This document shows positions 22,694 to 30,365 of a stretch of DNA of 32,000 nucleotides, in pieces. Every line of letters begins with the position of its first letter. Positions within the stretch are counted from its first letter, which is position 1. The translations under genes and the position numbers were made by a program. The notes beneath the pieces were generated by a model. It was not told where the DNA came from. It searched no databases and saw only the letters and a program-made list of their open reading frames with translations. Origin of the DNA: Patescibacteria group bacterium (lineage in GTDB: Bacteria > Patescibacteriota > Patescibacteriia > 2-01-FULL-39-33); NCBI GenBank assembly GCA_041662745.1, contig JBAZRV010000001.1:60001-92000 (forward strand). Direction: 5' to 3'.

Positions 22694-23017
22694 ATGGATA
22701 ATGACTTTATCAAATCATTCTTAGAAAAATTAGTGGCTGAAGCCGGCTTAGACCAAATGTCCCCCGAATTTAAGGCGCAATATATGGGTAAATTGGAAGA
22801 AACGCTTAACCAGCAACTGGGCTTGATTCTGTTGCAAAACCTTGATGAAGCCAAACAGCAGGAGTTCCAAGCTATGATTGACAGCAAGACTCTGGATAAC
22901 GCCAAAATCCAAAAGCTGGCCGATCAAATACCGGATTTTGATCAAAAAATTAAAGACGGTCTGCTGGCTTTTGCCAACGACTTCATTACTCTGGCTCAAA
23001 AGAATAAGCCGGCATAA
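22694..23017 (+). CDS. small acidic helical protein (resembles a small-protein family common in Patescibacteria; I recall it as DUF5663, unverified)
   Basis: 107 aa, predicted all-helical, with the pattern ...LGLILLQNLDEAKQQEFQAMI...IPDFDQKIKDGLLAF. First gene of a three-gene operon with 3-nt gaps. Confidence 0.65.
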   Translation: MDNDFIKSFLEKLVAEAGLDQMSPEFKAQYMGKLEETLNQQLGLILLQNLDEAKQQEFQAMIDSKTLDNAKIQKLADQIPDFDQKIKDGLLAFANDFITLAQKNKPA

Positions 23018-23020
23018 GCT

Positions 23021-23215
23021 ATGGTCCAAAAAACAAAAAAAATCGCCACTAAAGGCGACTTGGCGCGGGAACTGAAAAAACTGGATAAATTATATCGGGA
23101 GACGATGTTGCAATTAAAAAAAATAAAAAATGAGGGCCGTAAAATGCTAGAAATCCAACAAAAGAAATCAGATGAAGAAAAAATTAAAGCGATCCTAAAA
23201 AGTTTAGGCAAATAG
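23021..23215 (+). CDS. small Lys-rich coiled-coil protein
   Basis: 64 aa, about one third K/R. Starts 3 nt after the previous stop and ends 3 nt before the next start. Confidence 0.55.
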   Translation: MVQKTKKIATKGDLARELKKLDKLYRETMLQLKKIKNEGRKMLEIQQKKSDEEKIKAILKSLGK

Positions 23216-23218
23216 CTT

Positions 23219-26200
23219 ATGGCGAAAAAACAAAAACAACCGCCGGACAATCCGTCAAGGCCAAGAGGCGAAGCCGAACAAACGTTCGGTTCATCTTTGG
23301 GTGATAATCCGGAATTGACCAAACTGTTTGCCGAACTCAATGCTGCGCCCGAAGAACCGTCCACCAATCTTGATCTAGGAGAAGCGAAAAAGCTTATTAC
23401 GGAATTAGAGGCCACCATTCAAGCGGAAGTGGGCGCTGCTGGCGACACTGCGGAATCAACGGAGGCGACAGCGGAGGCGGTTCAAGATTTTTCTCTGGCG
23501 GCCATAGCGGCCAGGGCGCTGTTGGACAGCTGGTTAGCAGATGGGGCAGGAACTGAAGATGGGGAAGAATATGAAGATGAAAATGGAGAGGAGACGGACG
23601 AGACTGAAAAACCAATAATTCCGATTGAACCTGTCGTACCAGCGCCTGATATAACAGAAGCCCCGGAAAAAAAGACGGCAACGCTTTCAACACCTGAAGA
23701 AGACAGGCCTATTCCCGTTGAGGAAACAGCCCCGATTCCCGTTGCAGAAACAACAACTCAAGAAACGGTCCCGTTACCGCCAACGCCGGAATCAACTTCA
23801 GAAAAAACAGAGACTGCAGTACCGTCGACCGAATTTATAAATCCTGAATCGCCACTATTGACTTCGGAATTGACTCCGGAAAAACTATTACATATTCTGG
23901 ACTCTCTTGAAACACCCTCGCCGTTGGTTACCCGCAAAAGCATCGTAGAAATATTTAATGAGTTGAACTCCCGGAGACTGGTTGCCCAAAGAACGGGTGA
24001 GGATAATGTCGCGACATTAAGCGCCGCTGAAAAAATGCGGGCCCAAGACGAGGCCGGCTTTGTTTCCGTTGAAACGGTCAAGTCAGGATTAAGCGAGCTA
24101 CCGGAAACCCGATTAATGGAAATATTGTCAGATCCTCAAAAGGAAGGCAATGCCGGTTTGCTGACGGAGCTGATTAGGAATTATGCTGAAGCGTCCGGCT
24201 TGGATAATAAAGAAACGCAACGAATTTTCCAACAGCAAGAAAAAAAATTACGCCGGGAAGCGCAACAGAGATTGGCTGAGGGGAAAAGCTTAAAAAAAGA
24301 AATGGGCAAGGCCTTGGCTAAAAGCGCCCTCTACATCGGCGGCGGCGTTGGCATTTCTCTTGCCACCGGCGGCCTGGCTTCCTTTTTCTCGCCCCTGGCG
24401 ATCGGCGCCATCAGATCGGCGGATATTTACCTTACTGCCAAAAAGAACAAAAAAGAGGGGGGGGCAAAACTGCAAGAAATCAGGCAAGAGTTGGCTAATG
24501 ACGAATCAGCTAAAGGAGCTTATCTGGAAGAATTCTTTGCCGACCTGGCCGTAGCCAAACAATTGCAATTAGGCCAAAATCAAGAAGGTTCGCTGGCCGA
24601 TTGCTTGACTGCCAATCCCGATATCCTGGGAAATATTTCAGAAGACGAAAAAGCCGGCGACATCCGGGGGTTAGAAATTTTAGAAAAGCATTATAATTTA
24701 TTAAATAAAGCCAACACCGGCTGGCTGAATAATCATCCCTGGGCGAATAAGGCGATCAAAGGATTGGATAAGGTATTCTTGGCCGGCGGAAGCAGCGCCG
24801 GAGAAAAAACCGTCACCAGTGCGGCATTGTTTGGCATCGGCCAGGCCCTGCGTTACGGCGGAGCCGGCGCTTGGGGCAGACGAACAGTAAGCGGTTTGGC
24901 CGGCGCCAAGTTGGGAGCGATCGGAGCCGAGTATCTGAGCGGAAAAAGTGGCTGGGGAGAAAAAATTGATGTTGAAAAACATATAATTGATCAGGAAGCA
25001 GAGGCTGATGCTATTTTTGAAAAATTCAAGGAGTTAAAGTCAGAAAAAACAAATCTTGACAGTAAAAAATACAAACGAAACGCCGTTAAAACGGCCGGGG
25101 TAATCGCCGGCGCTTTGGCCGGCATAGCTTTGGGCGAAGCGGCCAGCGCCGCAACCCATAAAATCAGTTCTTGGCTGCAAGGCGAAGCAGCGCCGGTTAC
25201 CGACGCCGGTTCCGCTTCGACGGAAACCGCGCCGCCGGCCGCCGCCAAAGTTGAACAGGCTGATTTAATGCCGCAGAAAGAGCAATTGGCTTTGGCGACT
25301 ATCGGCAAAGGCGAGGGCATTGAACACGCCCTGCACCGGCAATTGGAAGCCAACGCCAAGGAGCTCGGTTATGCCGGCGATCTGGAAAACAAAAGCGCCC
25401 TGCATCATTGGGCGGGCATGCGAGCGCATCAAATAGCTGTTGCCGAGCATTATGTTGATCCGAAAACCGGAGCGGAAGTCCGTGTCAGCGGTGCCGGCAT
25501 CGGTCATGCCCAATATATTTTAGATGACAACGGGCATATCCACGAATTCATAGACGGCCACCAAACCGGCGAATCTGGAACGATCGCCGCCAAAGCGTTT
25601 GAATACGCTTACGAAAAACCGACGACTCCGGCGACGATAATTAGCGAGGCAACGCCTGAGGCCGGACATATTTCTGAGGGCAATGTAACCGCCAGTCTAA
25701 ATAATCTTGATGCTAAATACCCCGGTTCGGCGGAGCTGATCACGCAAGCGACCATGGAAACAACCGGCCATGCCAATCAACAAGAACTCATTGATGTAAC
25801 CGATTATTTTTATCATCACCCCAATTTCAAACCGTCGGCCGGACTGATTGAGCTGGTAACCAGCCATGATCCCCAAGCCAACCGTCTGCTCGGCTTTTTG
25901 GAACACCACCAAGTTGCTGATAACCTTAAGATGGTGGAACTGATAAACTCCAACGACATCTTTGCCGACACTAAAAACATGCCTAACTGGCTGGAAGTAT
26001 TTTTGGGCTCAACCGAGGGGCGCAATGAAGGCGTGGCCTCATCGCTGGAGCGGATCTTCCATAATAACGGCTTAAGCGATCATTACAAGAGTGAATTCCA
26101 TATGCCCGATTTCCAGGTATCGCAAACCCATGCCAGCGCCTTCACCGGCGATATTGCCTTTAAAACCCCGGCACCCCTAAACTCAATGCTGACCGGCGGC

Positions 26201-26389
26201 AAACCGGCAATGATTGATTGGCTTTATGATCCGTCAAAAGGTTCTTTCAGGGCCACGATTAATTTCCGCGGCCAACTCATCGGTGAAGCATTTGCGCCTC
26301 AGCCCGGCGATAATAACCCTAACCGAATTCTGACCCGAACCTTCGAATCATTGCTAGATAAACTCAAAGACAAGGTGGCCGGCAAATAA
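23219..26389 (+). CDS. large (1056 aa) hypothetical membrane protein with an acidic/Pro-Thr-Glu low-complexity N-terminus and Gly-zipper TM segments
   Basis: Single uninterrupted ORF. Residues ~60-230 are E/T/P/A-rich. Gly/Ala-rich hydrophobic segments include ALYIGGGVGISLATGGLASFFSPLAIGAI, SAALFGIGQALRYGGAGAWG and TAGVIAGALAGIALGEAASAA. The His-rich C-terminal globular region contains GKGEGIEHALHRQL and HHWAGMRAH. Confidence 0.8.
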   Translation: MAKKQKQPPDNPSRPRGEAEQTFGSSLGDNPELTKLFAELNAAPEEPSTNLDLGEAKKLITELEATIQAEVGAAGDTAESTEATAEAVQDFSLAAIAARALLDSWLADGAGTEDGEEYEDENGEETDETEKPIIPIEPVVPAPDITEAPEKKTATLSTPEEDRPIPVEETAPIPVAETTTQETVPLPPTPESTSEKTETAVPSTEFINPESPLLTSELTPEKLLHILDSLETPSPLVTRKSIVEIFNELNSRRLVAQRTGEDNVATLSAAEKMRAQDEAGFVSVETVKSGLSELPETRLMEILSDPQKEGNAGLLTELIRNYAEASGLDNKETQRIFQQQEKKLRREAQQRLAEGKSLKKEMGKALAKSALYIGGGVGISLATGGLASFFSPLAIGAIRSADIYLTAKKNKKEGGAKLQEIRQELANDESAKGAYLEEFFADLAVAKQLQLGQNQEGSLADCLTANPDILGNISEDEKAGDIRGLEILEKHYNLLNKANTGWLNNHPWANKAIKGLDKVFLAGGSSAGEKTVTSAALFGIGQALRYGGAGAWGRRTVSGLAGAKLGAIGAEYLSGKSGWGEKIDVEKHIIDQEAEADAIFEKFKELKSEKTNLDSKKYKRNAVKTAGVIAGALAGIALGEAASAATHKISSWLQGEAAPVTDAGSASTETAPPAAAKVEQADLMPQKEQLALATIGKGEGIEHALHRQLEANAKELGYAGDLENKSALHHWAGMRAHQIAVAEHYVDPKTGAEVRVSGAGIGHAQYILDDNGHIHEFIDGHQTGESGTIAAKAFEYAYEKPTTPATIISEATPEAGHISEGNVTASLNNLDAKYPGSAELITQATMETTGHANQQELIDVTDYFYHHPNFKPSAGLIELVTSHDPQANRLLGFLEHHQVADNLKMVELINSNDIFADTKNMPNWLEVFLGSTEGRNEGVASSLERIFHNNGLSDHYKSEFHMPDFQVSQTHASAFTGDIAFKTPAPLNSMLTGGKPAMIDWLYDPSKGSFRATINFRGQLIGEAFAPQPGDNNPNRILTRTFESLLDKLKDKVAGK

Positions 26390-26403
26390 TAATCAATTAT
26401 AAA

Positions 26404-26433
26404 AGCCGCCCCGCTTTGCGGGGCGGCTTTTTA
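26404..26433. terminator. strong bidirectional hairpin terminator
   Basis: 11-bp perfect GC-rich stem agccgccccgc (26404-26414) / gcggggcggct (26418-26428) with a 3-nt loop. T5 follows and A4 precedes. Confidence 0.85.
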
Positions 26434-26438
26434 TGTTG

Positions 26439-26705
26439 TTACTCCAAAGAAATCACCAATAATCCCTTGTCTTCTATTGCTTCTTTCGGCCAAAAAAGCT
26501 TATCCAAACTGAATTTACCGACATAAGTTACGGTTTTTTCTATGGTCCGGCCGGTGTATTTTTCCGTCAAAGGATCCCATTCTTCCAATACCAGAACATC
26601 GCCTTCCCGCACTTCAAAGTCATTCAGACGCAGTTCATATTTTTTCTTTCCTGAAGCCACGGCGGAAAAATATTGCGGCCAGATTTTCTTATGTATCGTC
26701 GCCAT
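26439..26705 (-). CDS. DUF3850/ASCH-like small protein
   Basis: 88 aa. IHKKIWPQYFSAVASGKKKYELRLNDFEVREGDVLVLEEWD...YTGR matches the DUF3850 pattern as I recall it (KIxPxYFxAVxxGxKxFExRxND). Confidence 0.7.
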   Translation of the reverse strand: MATIHKKIWPQYFSAVASGKKKYELRLNDFEVREGDVLVLEEWDPLTEKYTGRTIEKTVTYVGKFSLDKLFWPKEAIEDKGLLVISLE

Positions 26706-26729
26706 ATAATAATCACAAAAAACGATGGC

Positions 26730-27485
26730 TTATCTGATAAACAACCTGAACGCCCAACCCAATAAACTAAACCCCTTCTTGGCCGCGCCCAAAGAATTCT
26801 CAACTGCCGAACCGGCTTGTTCCAATATCTGTATTTGCTGAGCCAGCAGCTGCTGATCGCCCTGATTCGCCAATTGATCCTCAAGTTGATTTAATTGTTG
26901 AATCCGCTCGCGGTTTTGTTCCAATAATTTTTGCGCATTGTTTATTTCGCCGTAATTCGGACCGATGAAAAATTTAGCTAAGCCGCTTCTGCTCTGGACT
27001 TTTTCCAGGCTGGCTTCCAGTTTTTCCTGGTTTTGATTTTGTTCCTGCGCAATCACTCTTACCTGCTCACCGATTCCACCGTTTCTCTCCGCCACTTGCA
27101 ACAACTCCTGCACGGCATTAGCGACCTGGCTCCTTCTTTCTTGCGCAAGAGCAGAGCCGGGAATGTCTTCCTCCTCTGACTGCTCGGCTTGAGTTTGATT
27201 TTGATTTTTAACCTGTTCCCCCGCTTCACTGCCATCCTGCAACTGTTGCTGTGTTTGCTGTTGCGCCGGTTTTTCGGCATTTATCCCCGCCGTGTCCCCG
27301 CTTTGAGCCTGCTCATTATTCTGCGTTTCAATCTGGTCGTTTTCCCCCTGATTGGCGGTTTCGGTTTGTTGTTGATTTGGCTGGCTACCGGCGCCGGCAT
27401 TATCATCCTTGCCGGCCGCATAAGCATGGCTGGCGACAAGCAGAGCCATGCCTACGGCAACGGCGATTAGGCTTTTGTTTTTCAT
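26730..27485 (-). CDS. secreted Gln/Glu/Asn-rich low-complexity coiled-coil protein
   Basis: Start taken at MKNKSL (27485), with the signal peptide ...LLVASHAYA. About 100 aa of Q/E/N/A low complexity is followed by a helical C-terminal half. Confidence 0.7.
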   Translation of the reverse strand: MKNKSLIAVAVGMALLVASHAYAAGKDDNAGAGSQPNQQQTETANQGENDQIETQNNEQAQSGDTAGINAEKPAQQQTQQQLQDGSEAGEQVKNQNQTQAEQSEEEDIPGSALAQERRSQVANAVQELLQVAERNGGIGEQVRVIAQEQNQNQEKLEASLEKVQSRSGLAKFFIGPNYGEINNAQKLLEQNRERIQQLNQLEDQLANQGDQQLLAQQIQILEQAGSAVENSLGAAKKGFSLLGWAFRLFIR

Positions 27486-27538
27486 AGTTTTTTCTTTCTC
27501 TTCACCCAATGCTTAGCTTAAACCGAACATTGGGTTAA

Positions 27539-27555
27539 ATTGATTAATAATCAAT
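27539..27555. promoter_or_regulatory. 17-bp perfect palindrome (candidate operator) in a divergent intergenic region
   Basis: attgatta-a-taatcaat at 27539-27555. The 10-mer aataatcaat (27546-27555) recurs at 27570-27579. Confidence 0.35.
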
Positions 27556-27657
27556 ATTTGAATCCATTAAATAATCAATTCGTTATGTTAGAGTTTCTGA
27601 GTCCCGCTAAATATAGTTATAACAAAAAAGAAGGGTTTGCGCAAATAAAAATATCAT

Positions 27658-27686
27658 TTGACGGCTGTCCCGTCCCGTGCTAAAAT
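27658..27686 (+). promoter_or_regulatory. near-consensus promoter TTGACG-17-TGcTAAAAT
   Basis: -35 at 27658-27663, exact 17-nt spacer, -10 at 27681-27686 with an upstream TG. The downstream RBS is GAGGAGGA. Confidence 0.7.
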
Positions 27687-27748
27687 ATTTCAGTTAATCA
27701 GGCAAGGTTCAGCAATACGAGAGGCCAAAAACAGAGGAGGACAAGCAA

Positions 27749-28069
27749 ATGGCAGAGCCGTCCGTTGATCGTTTGATAAAGGATGCCCAGCGCGTCTTAA
27801 AGAACCCCTTTTGGATTCCTGAGCTGACGGTGGAACAAGTATTTGAAAGGATTCATGATGATCACGACGGAAAATTCACCGGCCGTTTAATGGTGCAATT
27901 TACGCGAGATGGAGACGCCTGGATTACAACGGATGGGCATCGCGGTCCGCCATTGCGCTTTAGAGCTCCTCTTGGCGGAGGAAGCAGTCCGAGAGTAAGG
28001 AATGCGCTGATGCTTTTGGCGTTAGCTATCAAGTTGGACAACCAAGAACGGCCGCAAGAGCCCGTTTAA
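27749..28069 (+). CDS. hypothetical 106-aa protein (GC-rich orphan)
   Basis: Supported by a strong promoter, an RBS and the terminator at 28100-28136. I recognise no motif. Confidence 0.65.
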   Translation: MAEPSVDRLIKDAQRVLKNPFWIPELTVEQVFERIHDDHDGKFTGRLMVQFTRDGDAWITTDGHRGPPLRFRAPLGGGSSPRVRNALMLLALAIKLDNQERPQEPV

Positions 28070-28099
28070 CGAACAGAACAAAAAAATTGAAGCACAACA

Positions 28100-28136
28100 A
28101 CGCCGGGAACAAGAAGTTCTCGGCGTATTTTTATTT
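28100..28136 (+). terminator. rho-independent terminator
   Basis: ACGCCGGGAAC / GUUCUCGGCGU forms an 11-bp stem with one G.U (28100-28110 / 28116-28126), followed by AUUUUUAUUU. Confidence 0.8.
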
Positions 28137-28193
28137 ATTTAATTCGCAGTTTCGTTCAAAGCGCAACAGTCATTGTTCTCTCTGCCTAAAATC

Positions 28194-28340
28194 TTATTTG
28201 CCTTGTTTATCGGGGATAAAATAAATAAACCAAACAATCCAGACCAACCAAGCCATATCAAGCCAATCCTGAGTTAATATGCCGGGAATGCCAAGTAAAA
28301 ATAAAAATCCTAAAAATCCCAATGGCCATTTTTTTCTCAT
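28194..28340 (-). CDS. possible 48-aa hydrophobic micro-protein (below the ORF-track cutoff)
   Basis: Hand translation gives MRKKWPLGFLGFLFLLGIPGILTQDWLDMAWLVWIVWFIYFIPDKQGK*, with two hydrophobic stretches. It is AT-rich and has no obvious RBS. Confidence 0.3.
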   Translation of the reverse strand: MRKKWPLGFLGFLFLLGIPGILTQDWLDMAWLVWIVWFIYFIPDKQGK

Positions 28341-28427
28341 AGATTATCTTTATTATTTATTGATGTAAAACTTGGCGGAGCAGTCGGGTTAAGCACTAAC
28401 AGAATGGGATTTGGCGTCTTTTACCCT

Positions 28428-28970
28428 CTATGCCGAGACGCTCGGATCAGCCTTCTCTATCAATAAATCACTATATGACACCGAAATAAGATCTGACTCC
28501 GGTATATCAAAAAGTTTAAGATATTCTTTGCATTGTTCAAGTAGCTTATTTTTTCCAATACTTCCATCTTCATCAATTGCTTCTATTTCCACGAACGTAC
28601 CAAGTTTTTCAACGGTATCAATGTGGAATTTTACATTCCCCATAAAATAAATCTCTCGTTTTTTGTCTACAATAGTTAATATGCCATTGGCATTAACTAA
28701 TATTAATTTAAGTGAGCTTTCTGGATCTGATTTGAACAAAATAACATCTGATTGTTTTGGACCTTCTTTATTTTCCCGTTCATAATAAACCAGATAATTT
28801 TCAATGTTTCCCTCTCGTAATTTTAACCTTCCGTGGTTAACTTTGAAATAAGTATCAATCTGATGATCAACCCCCCTAAAATCAGCATTGTTGGATTTCA
28901 GGAGTTCACGAACCTTTTCGTGATTATTTGATTTAGCTTTTATTTCAATGTTTATATGATTCATATGCAT
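28428..28970 (-). CDS. CYTH-domain protein (class IV adenylate cyclase / triphosphate-tunnel metalloenzyme-like)
   Basis: 180 aa. N-terminal beta-strand motif NIEIKAK (family signature ExExK), then HQIDTYF, GRLKLRE, LVYYERE, KKREIYF, FHIDTVEKLGTFVEIEA. RBS GGAGUGACUC precedes the ATG. The gene is very AT-rich. Confidence 0.75.
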   Translation of the reverse strand: MHMNHINIEIKAKSNNHEKVRELLKSNNADFRGVDHQIDTYFKVNHGRLKLREGNIENYLVYYERENKEGPKQSDVILFKSDPESSLKLILVNANGILTIVDKKREIYFMGNVKFHIDTVEKLGTFVEIEAIDEDGSIGKNKLLEQCKEYLKLFDIPESDLISVSYSDLLIEKADPSVSA

Positions 28971-29183
28971 GAGTCACTCCGATGCTAATTTTTGGCGGTG
29001 ACGATGTCCCGAAGTTGGAACCGAAAACGGCTTATAGACGGCTCACTTTCTGGGCCCTTGATCCAATTATAAAGAATCTGAGACATATGCACAAAGAACA
29101 TCTCGAATGGTTTGAAGTGCCGAAGCCGAAGTCAGATAAGGGTAAAAATATGGTCGATTATTCAATCGATAATAAAAACAATG

Positions 29184-29810
29184 TTATTCTTTCTGTAGTC
29201 CAACCAAATCTTCTTGGTTAATGTTTTTATCAAAATTCAATAATTTTGCGTCTGAAAAGAGTTTAATAATTCCAATACTATGCCACATCGTTAAATGTAT
29301 ATTTGGAATCAAAAATTCAAACTGTTGGTCGTCTGTTCTGTTAAGGTGCAACTTAAAGCTTTCATGATTTGGATGAACAAATCTACAAATCAGCTTATAT
29401 TTTTCTTCGTGGGTTTCTTTAAAATTTGGAGGTAAGAAACTATCCTTTATTTCGTCTTTAATTTCTTTAAGACTCCATTTCTTATTATTAAAAAATTCAT
29501 CGAGCCTACATAAAACCTGTTCTTCTGACGATCCTGAGAATATGTAAAAAACTTTTATATATAATTCATAGATATATCTATAAAGATAAATTGATAAAAA
29601 AATATCATTAGTAACAAGGCTATTCTCCATTGATACATTTAGAGAATACATTTTATTTAAAATACTTGAAGCAAAATACTCTTTTGGGTTATCTTTTCTA
29701 GTTACTGTTCCAAAATTAAAACCCGGTTTGATAATTTGATTGAACAAAACAATTTTATTTTGCAAGGAACTCTTCAAGATAACATTCTCTTTTTTTAAAA
29801 GATTATGCAT
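29184..29810 (-). CDS. hypothetical 208-aa helical protein with a HEPN-like Rx5H motif
   Basis: Uninterrupted ORF, translationally coupled to the upstream gene (6-nt gap). CRFVHPNH (R143..H149) lies in the C-terminal third, before a final amphipathic helix. One 60-nt line (29521-29580) has 14/60 G+C. Confidence 0.65.
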   Translation of the reverse strand: MHNLLKKENVILKSSLQNKIVLFNQIIKPGFNFGTVTRKDNPKEYFASSILNKMYSLNVSMENSLVTNDIFLSIYLYRYIYELYIKVFYIFSGSSEEQVLCRLDEFFNNKKWSLKEIKDEIKDSFLPPNFKETHEEKYKLICRFVHPNHESFKLHLNRTDDQQFEFLIPNIHLTMWHSIGIIKLFSDAKLLNFDKNINQEDLVGLQKE

Positions 29811-29816
29811 AATTTA

Positions 29817-30362
29817 CTATAGTTCATATTTCCACCCCGGTTTCCACGCTTTTGTTTTTCTCCAATCTTCTGCAAGCGCTTGTTTCCAAGTTTTGCCTTT
29901 CAAGAGTACATCAAGGGCAAGTTGCGGTGCTTTGTGAGCGACGATAGCTACATGCTTACCTTCGTAGTTCTTTTTTAGAAATTCAAAGAAGTCTGCAACA
30001 CGAACTTTCACATCCTCGTAACTTTCACCTTCAGGAAAGGGATTTTCGATGCATTCTTCCTCCTGCATCGGTTCGACAATATTCGATGACGCACCGTTCA
30101 GCTTGCCGTAATTACATTCGCGAAGTCTCGCATCAGGAATGATTTGATATATACCTTCCCACGCAAGCTTTGCAGAATCATGAGCTCGCTTTAGGTCAGA
30201 ACAGAAAACCACATCAAATTTCTGGTCCTTGGTCTGATCTTTGAGCGCAACTGATTGCTGTGCTCCAAGCTCAGAAAGATCAACGTCCTTCCAGCCAGAG
30301 GAAATATGCTGTTCGTTGTCAGTTGTGGTTCCGTGTACGAAATAAGTAATTTTGATTGCCAT
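29817..30362 (-). CDS. histidine phosphatase (phosphoglycerate-mutase-like) superfamily protein with an atypical VHG motif
   Basis: 181 aa. YFVHGTTTDNE stands in place of xxRHGxTxxN. Also present are SDLKRAHDSA, RLRECNYGKLNG, GESYEDVKVRV and VAIVAHKAP (second catalytic His). Confidence 0.8.
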   Translation of the reverse strand: MAIKITYFVHGTTTDNEQHISSGWKDVDLSELGAQQSVALKDQTKDQKFDVVFCSDLKRAHDSAKLAWEGIYQIIPDARLRECNYGKLNGASSNIVEPMQEEECIENPFPEGESYEDVKVRVADFFEFLKKNYEGKHVAIVAHKAPQLALDVLLKGKTWKQALAEDWRKTKAWKPGWKYEL

Positions 30363-30365
30363 AAA

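Noticed and set aside
28373-28380. The sequence around ttggcggagcagtcgggttaagcac, considered as a degenerate tRNA or tRNA fragment.
   Set aside because: Only the terminal 8 nt match tRNA-Ser, and there is no T-arm (TTCGAA) or acceptor complementarity. I kept it only as a weak possible att-like repeat within the island finding.
28982-29221. A 79-aa plus-strand ORF in the spacer of the AT-rich islet.
   Set aside because: It has no RBS or promoter, its start overlaps the CYTH RBS region, and its 3' end runs antisense into the 208-aa gene. I did not call it as a CDS, but the region is flagged as a finding because its nature is unresolved.
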